Below are positions 55,973 to 64,000 of a DNA stretch of 64,000 bases, piece by piece; the stretch's first letter is position 1, and every line of letters starts with the position of its first letter. The notes below the pieces were generated by a model. The model was not told the DNA's origin and did no database searches. It worked only from the letters and a program-made list of their open reading frames with translations. The DNA is from Flavobacteriaceae bacterium (GTDB lineage: Bacteria > Bacteroidota > Bacteroidia > Flavobacteriales > Flavobacteriaceae). Location: assembly GCA_013214625.1 (NCBI GenBank), contig JABSPO010000007.1, positions 7,805 to 71,804 on the forward strand, read 5' to 3'. Both the position numbers and the translations under genes were made by a program.

Positions 55973-56845
55973 ATGTTATCAATAAATCCAAACGAAATTT
56001 CTGTAGCAAAATTGCATGGATATTTATTAGGGAGTATAGCCCCAAGACCTATTGCTTTTGCAAGTACTGTAGATAAGGACGGAAATCCAAATTTAGCGCC
56101 ATTTAGTTTTTTCAATGTATTTAGTGCAAACCCCCCAATTATGGTTTTCTCTCCAGCAAGAAGTGTTAAGGACAACACTACTAAACACACACTGGATAAT
56201 TGCATTGCTACCAAAGAAGTTGTTATAAACGTAGTTAATTATGATATGGTTCACCAAATGTCATTAGCAAGTACTGCATATGCGCAAGGTGTAAATGAAT
56301 TTGATAAAGCTGGTTTTACCATGTTGAAATCAGAAAAAATAGCTCCTTTTCGTGTAGCAGAAAGTCCCGTACAATTTGAATGTATAGTAAAAGAAGTTGT
56401 TGCTTTAGGTGATGAAGGAGGTGCTGGAAATATGATTATCTGTGAAGTGGTTAAAGTTCATATTCAAGAAGAAATTTTAGATGATGACGGAAGAATTGAT
56501 CAACATAAAATTGACTTAGTAGCAAGAGCTGGAGGTAGTTTTTACAGTAGGGCTAAAGAAGGTTTCTTTGAAATCCCTAAGCCAATTGCTACTCTAGGTA
56601 TTGGTATAGATGCCATACCTAAACACATTAAAAATAGCAAAATACTGACTGGTAATGATTTAGGAATGTTAGGCAATATCGAAGAAATTCCTTCTGACAA
56701 AGATGTATTAGCATTTAAAAAACAAACTATGGAGCGTTGTGCTCATATTTTAGATGCAAGCCAAGAAGACATGCATAAAAAAGCACATGACTATCTTGAA
56801 AAAGGAGATGTTGCAACCGCATGGAAAATATTGTTGATAAAATAA
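55973..56845 (+). CDS. Flavin reductase-family protein
   Basis: The N-terminal flavin-reductase-like domain reads GSIAPRPIAFASTVDKDGNPNLAPFSFFN. ATG 55973 lies 19 nt after a TATTTTTG box. Confidence 0.75.
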   Translation: MLSINPNEISVAKLHGYLLGSIAPRPIAFASTVDKDGNPNLAPFSFFNVFSANPPIMVFSPARSVKDNTTKHTLDNCIATKEVVINVVNYDMVHQMSLASTAYAQGVNEFDKAGFTMLKSEKIAPFRVAESPVQFECIVKEVVALGDEGGAGNMIICEVVKVHIQEEILDDDGRIDQHKIDLVARAGGSFYSRAKEGFFEIPKPIATLGIGIDAIPKHIKNSKILTGNDLGMLGNIEEIPSDKDVLAFKKQTMERCAHILDASQEDMHKKAHDYLEKGDVATAWKILLIK

Positions 56846-56900
56846 TTACAAATAGTAACTTTTTCAACAATCAAAAGAGGTTAAACTGTTCAATTTTAAC

Positions 56901-56908
56901 TATTTTTG
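56901..56908 (+). promoter_or_regulatory. -7 box (TATTTTTG) upstream of the DUF3127-like gene
   Basis: 35 nt upstream of ATG 56943. Confidence 0.5.
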
Positions 56909-56942
56909 ACATTGTAAAATATTACATACTAATACACGAATA

Positions 56943-57323
56943 ATGGAAGTACAAGGGAAAATTAAAATGGTAGGAGAAACTCAAACTTTTGGAAGTAATG
57001 GGTTTAGAAAGAGAGAAGTAGTATTAACTACTGAGGAACAATACCCACAATCTATTATGATTGAATTTGTTCAAGATAAATGTGATTTATTAAACTCATA
57101 CCAAGTTGGACAAGATGTCAAAGTTTCTATCAACTTAAGAGGTAGAGAATGGGTTAACCCACAAGGAGAAACTAAATATTTCAACTCTATTCAAGGATGG
57201 AGAATTGAAAACTTAATGGCAGCTCAAGGCGGAGCTCCTGGAATGCCTCCAGTTGCACCAGTAGATGCTTTTGAACCTACAACTGATTTAAAAGAACAAG
57301 ACCACGACGATTTACCTTTCTAA
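56943..57323 (+). CDS. DUF3127-like (OB-fold-like) protein
   Basis: 126 aa. The N-terminus FRKREVVLTTEEQYPQ...EF is typical of this family. The C-terminal tail is acidic and Pro-rich. Confidence 0.55.
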   Translation: MEVQGKIKMVGETQTFGSNGFRKREVVLTTEEQYPQSIMIEFVQDKCDLLNSYQVGQDVKVSINLRGREWVNPQGETKYFNSIQGWRIENLMAAQGGAPGMPPVAPVDAFEPTTDLKEQDHDDLPF

Positions 57324-57396
57324 CTCATTAGTGAGTTTTAGTGTTTTATGATATTTTAATCATATCAACTACAAAAGGTCTATATACTATTTAGTT

Positions 57397-57430
57397 AAAA
57401 GCCATTTCGAAATTTATCGAAATGGCTTTT
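57397..57430 (+). terminator. Terminator after the DUF3127-like gene
   Basis: AAAAGCCATTTCGA / TCGAAATGGCTTTT 14-bp stem. Confidence 0.8.
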
Positions 57431-57612
57431 ACTATTCTTACGAATATCTTTATTGGTAGGCCTTAAAATAATTCGTTATTTTAGACGGGGGAACTTAGCT
57501 CATAAAAGCTAATTAAGGGCAAGATAAATTATATTACTCCATACCTTATTATTAACGGGTATAGTATCGGTTATTTACATACTTGGATTACTGATATTTT
57601 AAACTTAAACAA

Positions 57613-58251
57613 ATGTATTTACTATCTGACAAAATAATCTTTCCGCATCCATCTGAAGCAGATGCAAATGGATTAGTAGCTATTGGTGGTGATTTATCCC
57701 CCAAACGCCTTATACATGCTTACAGTAACGGAATATTCCCTTGGTATAATGAAGATGAACCTTTATTATGGTGGTCTCCAAATCCGAGAATGGTATTGTT
57801 TCCAAAAGAGCTACGTGTATCTAAAAGCATGAGAGTTATACTCCGAAAACAACTCTTTCATATTACATTTAACGAAGCGTTTGAGACTGTTATTCAACAA
57901 TGTGCACAAATAAAAAGGGACGATCAAGACGATACTTGGATTACCAATGACATGACCAGAGCTTATATTAAATTACACAAACAAGGCCTTGCAACTTCTG
58001 TAGAGGTTTGGCAAGATAACAAGCTAGTTGGCGGGCTATATGGTATTGATTTAAAAGATAAAAAAGTATTTTGTGGGGAAAGCATGTTTTCAAAAGTTAG
58101 CAACGCTTCAAAAGCAGCATTTATCACTTTAGTACAAGAATTAAAAAAGAAAGAGTACAAACTAATCGATTGCCAGATGCACACTAATCACTTGGAAAGC
58201 TTAGGAGCAAGAGAAATTTCACGAGATAACTTTTTAAAACACATACAATAA
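57613..58251 (+). CDS. aat: Leucyl/phenylalanyl-tRNA--protein transferase
   Basis: FPWYNEDEPLLWWSP, GGLYG and GESMFS motifs. Confidence 0.9.
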   Translation: MYLLSDKIIFPHPSEADANGLVAIGGDLSPKRLIHAYSNGIFPWYNEDEPLLWWSPNPRMVLFPKELRVSKSMRVILRKQLFHITFNEAFETVIQQCAQIKRDDQDDTWITNDMTRAYIKLHKQGLATSVEVWQDNKLVGGLYGIDLKDKKVFCGESMFSKVSNASKAAFITLVQELKKKEYKLIDCQMHTNHLESLGAREISRDNFLKHIQ

Positions 58252-58277
58252 TGCTACTTGTGCTCACTTTAAAACAT

Positions 58278-58307
58278 AAAAAAAACCTGCCAATGCAGGT
58301 TTTTTTT
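58278..58307. terminator. Bidirectional terminator between aat and exbD
   Basis: A8-CCTGC-CAAT-GCAGG-T8. Confidence 0.85.
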
Positions 58308-58328
58308 ATACTTATTTGAAAACAATAA

Positions 58329-58799
58329 TTATCTTTTTGAAGGCTTAACCGACAAATAATTAATTTTTAACATGTTCTCTTTACGAAGTGCTAATTTAAT
58401 ATCAGACACAAGTCCCATATTGGCATCTCTATCTACTTTTAAAGCTGTAACCATAAACGGTATAATCTCTTGATCCCTTAATGCTATTTCAGAATGAATA
58501 AACTGCTTTAAATCTGAAGGGTGAGCAATTTTATCATTCAATTGCAAAACTGCTTCAGTACCATATTTCTCATACCCTTTTACAGGTTTACCCGCATAGA
58601 TGTACATTACTCTATCGTTTTTACGATTAAGCTTTTCGATATCATCCGCTGCTGGCAACTTATTTTCTACCAATAATGATTTGTCTTTCATTACTGTTAC
58701 CGTCATAAAAAAGAACAATAACATGAATACAATATCTGGCAAAGCTGCTGTAGAAGCCTGAGGCAATTCACCGTCTTTTTTCTTTTTAAACTTTCCCAT
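58329..58799 (-). CDS. exbD: Biopolymer transporter ExbD/TolR family
   Basis: 156 aa with an N-terminal TM containing LPDIVFMLLFFFM. Confidence 0.8.
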   Translation of the reverse strand: MGKFKKKKDGELPQASTAALPDIVFMLLFFFMTVTVMKDKSLLVENKLPAADDIEKLNRKNDRVMYIYAGKPVKGYEKYGTEAVLQLNDKIAHPSDLKQFIHSEIALRDQEIIPFMVTALKVDRDANMGLVSDIKLALRKENMLKINYLSVKPSKR

Positions 58800-58801
58800 A
58801 A

Positions 58802-59434
58802 TTAATTAGATTTAGATTCTGCTTCAGAGATAATCTGAGGATACATCTTCTTTAATTTATTCAAACGTTGCTCTAACTTTACTTTTAAAGAAATGTCTTT
58901 TACTTTAGGATCCTTAAAAATAGTATTCATCACAGTATAGGTGTTTCCTGCCCCATACAAACGCACCGCTTCCCTATTACGCAATTCAGTATAGGCTGCT
59001 CCTAATTCATTCTGAATAGCAACATAGGCACTATACGATGTTTCACGTTCGTTTTTAAGCGATATAATTGCTTTAGAAGGGTGATCAGATGATGCTGGAT
59101 CCTTAGACCCATTACAGTAATCACATTTTTTACCCTCAGCATTTACTCCTCCACCATTGTCGATGAAATTCATTGCTGCTTTTCTCAAATCCTTAAGCTC
59201 CATCAGTTCGTCTTCAACTAACATCTGGTCATTTTTATTCACCACAACCGTAAAAATGTTTTTTTGCCTAATAACGACACGTTCTGTATCGGGAATTTCT
59301 TCCCAAGCCGGAAGCTTACGCATAATACCATTATCTTGCTCCATTGTTGTAGTAACAAGGAAAAATATTAATAGCAAGAAAGCAATATCTGCCATGGATC
59401 CTGAGTCAACTTCAGGTGTTGATCTTTTTCCCAT
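58802..59434 (-). CDS. exbD: Biopolymer transporter ExbD/TolR family (long form)
   Basis: 210 aa with MADIAFLLLIFFLVTT. Confidence 0.8.
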   Translation of the reverse strand: MGKRSTPEVDSGSMADIAFLLLIFFLVTTTMEQDNGIMRKLPAWEEIPDTERVVIRQKNIFTVVVNKNDQMLVEDELMELKDLRKAAMNFIDNGGGVNAEGKKCDYCNGSKDPASSDHPSKAIISLKNERETSYSAYVAIQNELGAAYTELRNREAVRLYGAGNTYTVMNTIFKDPKVKDISLKVKLEQRLNKLKKMYPQIISEAESKSN

Positions 59435-59437
59435 AAT

Positions 59438-59860
59438 TTATTTATTTAAAGCTTTCTTAACTCCAGATGCTACTATAGCACCTAATGCTACAATAATTAA
59501 AATGTAAAACACTCTTAAACCAGTTCCTACTAATTTAGATGCTGATTCTGAAACCATTTGTTCACCTGTATCTCTTAATATTTCTTGCCCACTTGACAAA
59601 CCATAGCTAATCCCTACTATCGCCAATAAACCTACAATAGCAATACCTGCTATCTTAATTTTCTCTGGGTTTGAGGCAATGTTTTTTAATGAAAACACAA
59701 CTGCAACCGCACCTGCACCAAACACTAATATTTTCCCAAACCATAACATCATATCAATTGCCGAACTGCTATCATCACCTTTCATGATCATAATCCAAAA
59801 TGCAAAAGCTATAACACTAATGATAGCTATAGCTACCGTTAACATTTTTTGTAAATTCAT
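59438..59860 (-). CDS. Small 4-TM membrane protein of the exbB-exbD cluster
   Basis: 140 aa, hydrophobic, sitting between exbB and exbD. Confidence 0.5.
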   Translation of the reverse strand: MNLQKMLTVAIAIISVIAFAFWIMIMKGDDSSSAIDMMLWFGKILVFGAGAVAVVFSLKNIASNPEKIKIAGIAIVGLLAIVGISYGLSSGQEILRDTGEQMVSESASKLVGTGLRVFYILIIVALGAIVASGVKKALNK

Positions 59861-59925
59861 AATTATATATGTTTTTACCTTGATTATTTACATACCTCTT
59901 ACAGTTTGTAAAATGTCAAGAGTTA

Positions 59926-60651
59926 TTATTTTTTGTTTGCAACTAATAAATCAATCAATGAGATTGAAGCATCTTCCATATCGTTAACGATAGAATCGAT
60001 TTTAGCGATAATATAATTGTAAAAAATCTGTAAAATAATTGCTGCTACAAGACCAAATACTGTTGTTAATAAGGCAACTTTAATATCACCTGCAATTAAT
60101 GATGCATCTAATCCACCTGCTGCAGAAATTTTATCAAAGGCTTGAATCATCCCGATTACAGTTCCCATGAACCCTAACATTGGTGCAATTGCAATAAATA
60201 AAGAAATCCAAGAAACGTTTTTCTCTAATTGTCCCATTTGAACTCCACCGTAAGCTACGATTGATTTTTCAACTGAATCAATTCCTTCATTAGATCTTTC
60301 TAATCCTTGGTAGAATATAGAAGCAACTGGTCCTTTTGTATTTCTACAAACTTCTTTTGCAGCTTCAACACCACCTGACGCTAATGCATCCTCAACGTTT
60401 TGTGTTAATTTTTTAGTATTTGTAGTCGCTAAATTTAAATAGATAATTCTTTCAATTACGAAAGCTAAACCTAATATTAAACATAATAATACAATTCCCA
60501 TGAAACCAGCTCCACCTTCGATGAATCTAGTCTTTAATACTTCATGTCCGAATCCTTCTGCTGGAGCATCTTGAATAATTGTTACGGCTTTAGCATTAGC
60601 TGAAGCTAACATCATTACTACTACTGGTAAAATTGAAAATACCTTTTTCAT
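59926..60651 (-). CDS. exbB: MotA/TolQ/ExbB proton-channel family protein
   Basis: 241 aa with a signal-like N-terminus. The conserved C-terminal TM pair reads IAPMLGFMGTVIGMI...ALLTTVFGL. Confidence 0.85.
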   Translation of the reverse strand: MKKVFSILPVVVMMLASANAKAVTIIQDAPAEGFGHEVLKTRFIEGGAGFMGIVLLCLILGLAFVIERIIYLNLATTNTKKLTQNVEDALASGGVEAAKEVCRNTKGPVASIFYQGLERSNEGIDSVEKSIVAYGGVQMGQLEKNVSWISLFIAIAPMLGFMGTVIGMIQAFDKISAAGGLDASLIAGDIKVALLTTVFGLVAAIILQIFYNYIIAKIDSIVNDMEDASISLIDLLVANKK

Positions 60652-60843
60652 TTTTTTAATCTTAATTAAATTAGTACTATTTGTTTTAAACGATATAATT
60701 TTAAATATTCTTGTCTTTCAGTTAAATAAATGTGGCGAATTTGATATTCACCTCATTTTATAGGTCTTAACTAATTAACGACTGCCAAATAACAAAAAAA
60801 ATGTGATGTGATGAAATTTTAAGTGTTATTTTTTGAAAGACTT

Positions 60844-61881
60844 TTACAAAAAACTAGCAGTCAGCTCTCCTTTTATTGACTTTTCAAACTGAGTTTTAAA
60901 ATCTTCTTTTGATAACTTTTTGGACAACAAGTACATCATTTTTGTAATTGCTGCTTCAAAAGTAATATCTCCACCTGAAATCAAACCTATTTTTTGCAAA
61001 TGCATGCTTGTTTCGTAATGCCCCATGATAACACTTCCGCCGCTACATTGGGTTACATTAACAACACGTATTCCTTTAATAAGCGCAGTCTCTAATAAAT
61101 CCACAAACCACTTTAAGGTTGGCGCGTTACCAGCCCCGTAGGTTTCTAAAACTACTCCTTTAATATTTGGCGCATTCAAAACAGCTTTTACTACCGCTTC
61201 AGTAATTCCAGGATATAATTTTAAAACCGCTATTTCCGGACACATATTCTTGTGAACAAAAAACGTTCCAGACTCATTGTTTTCTAATAAATTTACAGAA
61301 AAAACTTTTAAATGAACACCTGAAACCGCTAATTCCGGGTAATTCAATGATGCAAATGCCTCAAAATGTTCTGCATTAATTTTTGTAGTTCTATTAGCTC
61401 TGTATAGTTTATATTCAAAATACAAGCAAACCTCTTTAATTTGAGGCGCACCACTTTCCTGTAACGAAGCAATTTGAATAGCTGTAATTAAATTCTCTTT
61501 AGCATCAGTTCGCAAATCACCAATTGGCAATTGTGATCCTGTAAAAATTACTGGCTTAGAAAGGTTTTCTAACATAAAACTTAATGCTGATGCTGTGTAC
61601 GACATGGTATCAGAACCATGCAACACCACAAAACCATCAACTGTTGCGTAATTTCCCTCTATAACCTCAGCTATCTGAAGCCAATATTTCGGATTCATAT
61701 TAGACGAATCAATAGGCTCCTCAAAAGAATGTGTCGATATATTGCAGTCCAATTGTTTAATCTCCGGAATCCTTACTAGCAGATTATCAAAATTAAACGC
61801 CTTAAGTGTATTGGTTTCAAAATCTTTAACCATACCAATAGTACCACCGGTATAAATTAATAATATATTAGGCTTTGCCAT
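60844..61881 (-). CDS. ansA: L-asparaginase, type I
   Basis: The N-terminal YTGGTIGM motif (catalytic Thr) and HGSDTM. Confidence 0.85.
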   Translation of the reverse strand: MAKPNILLIYTGGTIGMVKDFETNTLKAFNFDNLLVRIPEIKQLDCNISTHSFEEPIDSSNMNPKYWLQIAEVIEGNYATVDGFVVLHGSDTMSYTASALSFMLENLSKPVIFTGSQLPIGDLRTDAKENLITAIQIASLQESGAPQIKEVCLYFEYKLYRANRTTKINAEHFEAFASLNYPELAVSGVHLKVFSVNLLENNESGTFFVHKNMCPEIAVLKLYPGITEAVVKAVLNAPNIKGVVLETYGAGNAPTLKWFVDLLETALIKGIRVVNVTQCSGGSVIMGHYETSMHLQKIGLISGGDITFEAAITKMMYLLSKKLSKEDFKTQFEKSIKGELTASFL

Positions 61882-63004
61882 CTAACTGCTCTTTATTAAG
61901 TACCGGATTAACATACATCGCTAAGAAATTTTGACACGCAACTGCATTGGAAGTATCAATTCTTCGCTCAACCCTACGTTCGAATTGTCTTTTTTCTTTA
62001 TCTGTATATTCTTCCCTATATTTTTCAGTTTTATGTAACATATCATAAGCTACATAATTTGTAGGCCAAAGTTTATAATTTTGATAAATATTATCATCAA
62101 TAACTCCAGCTAACTGCTGAAACTGTTTATTTGCTGACTCTCCAGAGTTTGCAATTTCATCTAATTCAATATCCAATACTTTACCAGCACTGATGTGAAT
62201 TCTTTTCTTCTGTCCTGTTAAACCTTTTAGTATGGAATTAAAATCTTCATTTGATGACTTTATATACTCCTCCTCGTAATGCTTTGCCATCAATTCTGGC
62301 ATTTTATACATATCAGTAGGATCAAACTCATAAGAAATTGAAACAGGTACAATTTTAATTTTCTTGAAATGCTCAAAAACAGCAGCATCTCCTTTCCCTA
62401 AACCTATCATTTTCAATACTCCTTGCTGAGTAACATCATTCCCATCCTTAGTCCTTCCTTCTCTATGAGCTATCCAAACAGAACGATTATCGGCTAATAT
62501 TTTTTCTGCCATATATTCCGACATTAACTTAGAGGATTTTAGCATTTCACGCGGACTCAATCCTCTTTGTACCAAAAAATTCCTATTTAACCTAGCCAAT
62601 TCCATCAAAAAAGATTTCTTTACCAAATTATCCCCAATAGCTGAAGCAGTCATGATTAAATCATGCTTGTATAATGACATATTTATCAAACAAGTATCTA
62701 ATAATATATCCCTATGATTTGAAATATAGAAGTATGCAGTATCTTTTTCTAACTTATCAAATCCTGTAGTTGTTAAACCATGAGACGATCTTGATAGTAC
62801 ATTTTGAATCCCTTGTGTTATGACAGTAGTTTGAAAATCACGGATAGAATTGCAATTTGACAATTGCTCTTGAATATACTCCTCACTTGCTTGAGGGTAT
62901 ATAAACTTCATCATGGACTTCACCATTGGATGCCCACTAATTGCTTTAAGTGCATGATTTACTTCTTCATCATGGTAAGGTCTTATGTGATCGTATTTTG
63001 ACAA
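61868..63004 (-). CDS. Acyltransferase (PlsC/1-acyl-sn-glycerol-3-phosphate acyltransferase-like)
   Basis: 378 aa with a NHRDILLD acyltransferase-type His/Asp block. The TTG start is forced, because an in-frame TAA lies two codons upstream and the next ATG is 26 codons downstream. Confidence 0.55.
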   Translation of the reverse strand: MSKYDHIRPYHDEEVNHALKAISGHPMVKSMMKFIYPQASEEYIQEQLSNCNSIRDFQTTVITQGIQNVLSRSSHGLTTTGFDKLEKDTAYFYISNHRDILLDTCLINMSLYKHDLIMTASAIGDNLVKKSFLMELARLNRNFLVQRGLSPREMLKSSKLMSEYMAEKILADNRSVWIAHREGRTKDGNDVTQQGVLKMIGLGKGDAAVFEHFKKIKIVPVSISYEFDPTDMYKMPELMAKHYEEEYIKSSNEDFNSILKGLTGQKKRIHISAGKVLDIELDEIANSGESANKQFQQLAGVIDDNIYQNYKLWPTNYVAYDMLHKTEKYREEYTDKEKRQFERRVERRIDTSNAVACQNFLAMYVNPVLNKEQLDGKA

Positions 63005-63175
63005 AACTTAATATGTTTTAGAGTACAAAAAAACGAAAAATAATCGAGATTAATCCCACAGATAGGTTTTATAACCTATAGCTATTACTCAAATAGAAAA
63101 AATCAATTCACTTCTCCCCCTCTACAACTGAGGCAGTGATTTCTTTCAAACCCCACTTAGCAACACCTCGCTACA

Positions 63176-63943
63176 CTAAACTCCAAAAACCTCTTTAGAA
63201 TTTTCCGTAGTAATTTCTGCAATTTCATTTTCAGAAACTTGATACACCTCTGCCAACTTAGCAACTACATTTACGATATATGAAGTCTCGTTTCTTTTAC
63301 CTCTGTAAGGTGTTGGCGACAAATATGGAGCATCAGTTTCCAATACAATGTGCTTTAATTCTATTTCATTTAAAAACTGATCTATCTTTCCATTTTTAAA
63401 AGTAACCACTCCTCCTATACCTAATTTCATATTATAGGATATCGCTTTTTTAGCTTGCTCTAATGTCCCTGTAAAACAATGGAATATTCCAAATAAACCT
63501 TTACTTTTTTCCGCTTCTAAAATTTCAAAAACCTCATCAAAAGCATCTCTACAATGAATTACAATTGGCAATTCATATTGTTTTGCTAATTGTATTTGGA
63601 TCCTGAATGCATCTTGCTGCTGAGTAAGCAATGTTTTATCCCAGTACAAATCAATTCCTATTTCACCAATAGCCACAAAACTACGTTGCGCTAACAATTC
63701 TTTTACATGTGCTAACTCATCTAAATAATTTTCTTTTACATGTGTAGGATGTACACCTGTCATTAAAAAAACCTGATTCGGGTAGGCCTTTTCTAAGTCT
63801 AACATAGCCTCAGTATAGGTAGAGTCTATTGCAGGAACAAACATGCGTTGCACATTATTATCAAAAGCGCGTTGCATCATCTCAGCTCTATCTTCATCAA
63901 AAGCCTCACTATATAAATGCGTATGTGTATCAGTTAAAATCAT
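63176..63943 (-). CDS. TatD-family metal-dependent hydrolase
   Basis: DTHTHL, GEIGLD, IHCR and ETDAPY motifs. Confidence 0.9.
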   Translation of the reverse strand: MILTDTHTHLYSEAFDEDRAEMMQRAFDNNVQRMFVPAIDSTYTEAMLDLEKAYPNQVFLMTGVHPTHVKENYLDELAHVKELLAQRSFVAIGEIGIDLYWDKTLLTQQQDAFRIQIQLAKQYELPIVIHCRDAFDEVFEILEAEKSKGLFGIFHCFTGTLEQAKKAISYNMKLGIGGVVTFKNGKIDQFLNEIELKHIVLETDAPYLSPTPYRGKRNETSYIVNVVAKLAEVYQVSENEIAEITTENSKEVFGV

Positions 63944-63971
63944 GAATAGGGATATTATTTCGTTACTTTTA

Positions 63972-63979
63972 CAAAAATA
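63972..63979 (-). promoter_or_regulatory. -7 box (TATTTTTG on the minus strand) upstream of the tatD-family gene
   Basis: The forward strand reads CAAAAATA, 29 nt upstream of ATG 63943. Confidence 0.45.
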
Positions 63980-64000
63980 TTTTAATTATGTCATTACCAA

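Noticed and set aside
55885-56214. A 109-aa minus-strand ORF overlapping the start of the flavin reductase gene.
   Set aside because: It lies antisense to a gene with a clear family signature, has no motif of its own, and covers that gene's promoter box.
63985-64000. The possible start of a plus-strand gene (ATGTCATTACCAA) at the right edge.
   Set aside because: Only 16 nt are visible, so neither the frame nor the product can be supported.

Overview
The window is AT-rich (about one-third G+C by eye) and densely coding. Gene content and signals point to a Flavobacteriaceae-type Bacteroidota chromosome: an XrtF exosortase pair, DUF4271-hemD, Skp-Skp-BamA-UppS, TAnnTTTG -7 boxes close to start codons, and almost no Shine-Dalgarno sequences. 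I recognise about 65 protein genes. I recognise no rRNA, tRNA, CRISPR array, transposase, integrase or phage structural gene. Most of the window is core: surE (partial), an S41 peptidase, the purH-mreBCD-mrdA-rodA cell-shape cluster, xrtF and its partner, skp-skp-bamA-uppS, nadK, pdxJ, tig-clpP-clpX, murI, pyrC, hemD, ahcY, greA, aat, exbB-exbD-exbD, ansA and tatD. The only clearly accessory-looking stretch is 40.1-50.8 kb. It holds two tandem paralogous modules, each with an ECF sigma factor, a short membrane anti-sigma candidate, a YGNI-repeat (DUF4097-like) secreted protein and a CarboxypepD_reg-domain protein. The two sigma genes share conserved upstream promoter-like blocks. I flag this as the best candidate for an uncharacterised envelope-signalling system. 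Non-coding observations: two homologous GC-rich intergenic elements (42.5 kb and 53.3 kb), a promoter-plus-terminator arrangement in the greA leader, an exact 13-mer repeated on both sides of an OmpA-family gene, a heptanucleotide microsatellite after ahcY, MITE/REP-like palindromic elements, and twin terminators. All protein calls rest on motif and family recognition from the supplied translations and my own reading of the DNA. No searches were run.
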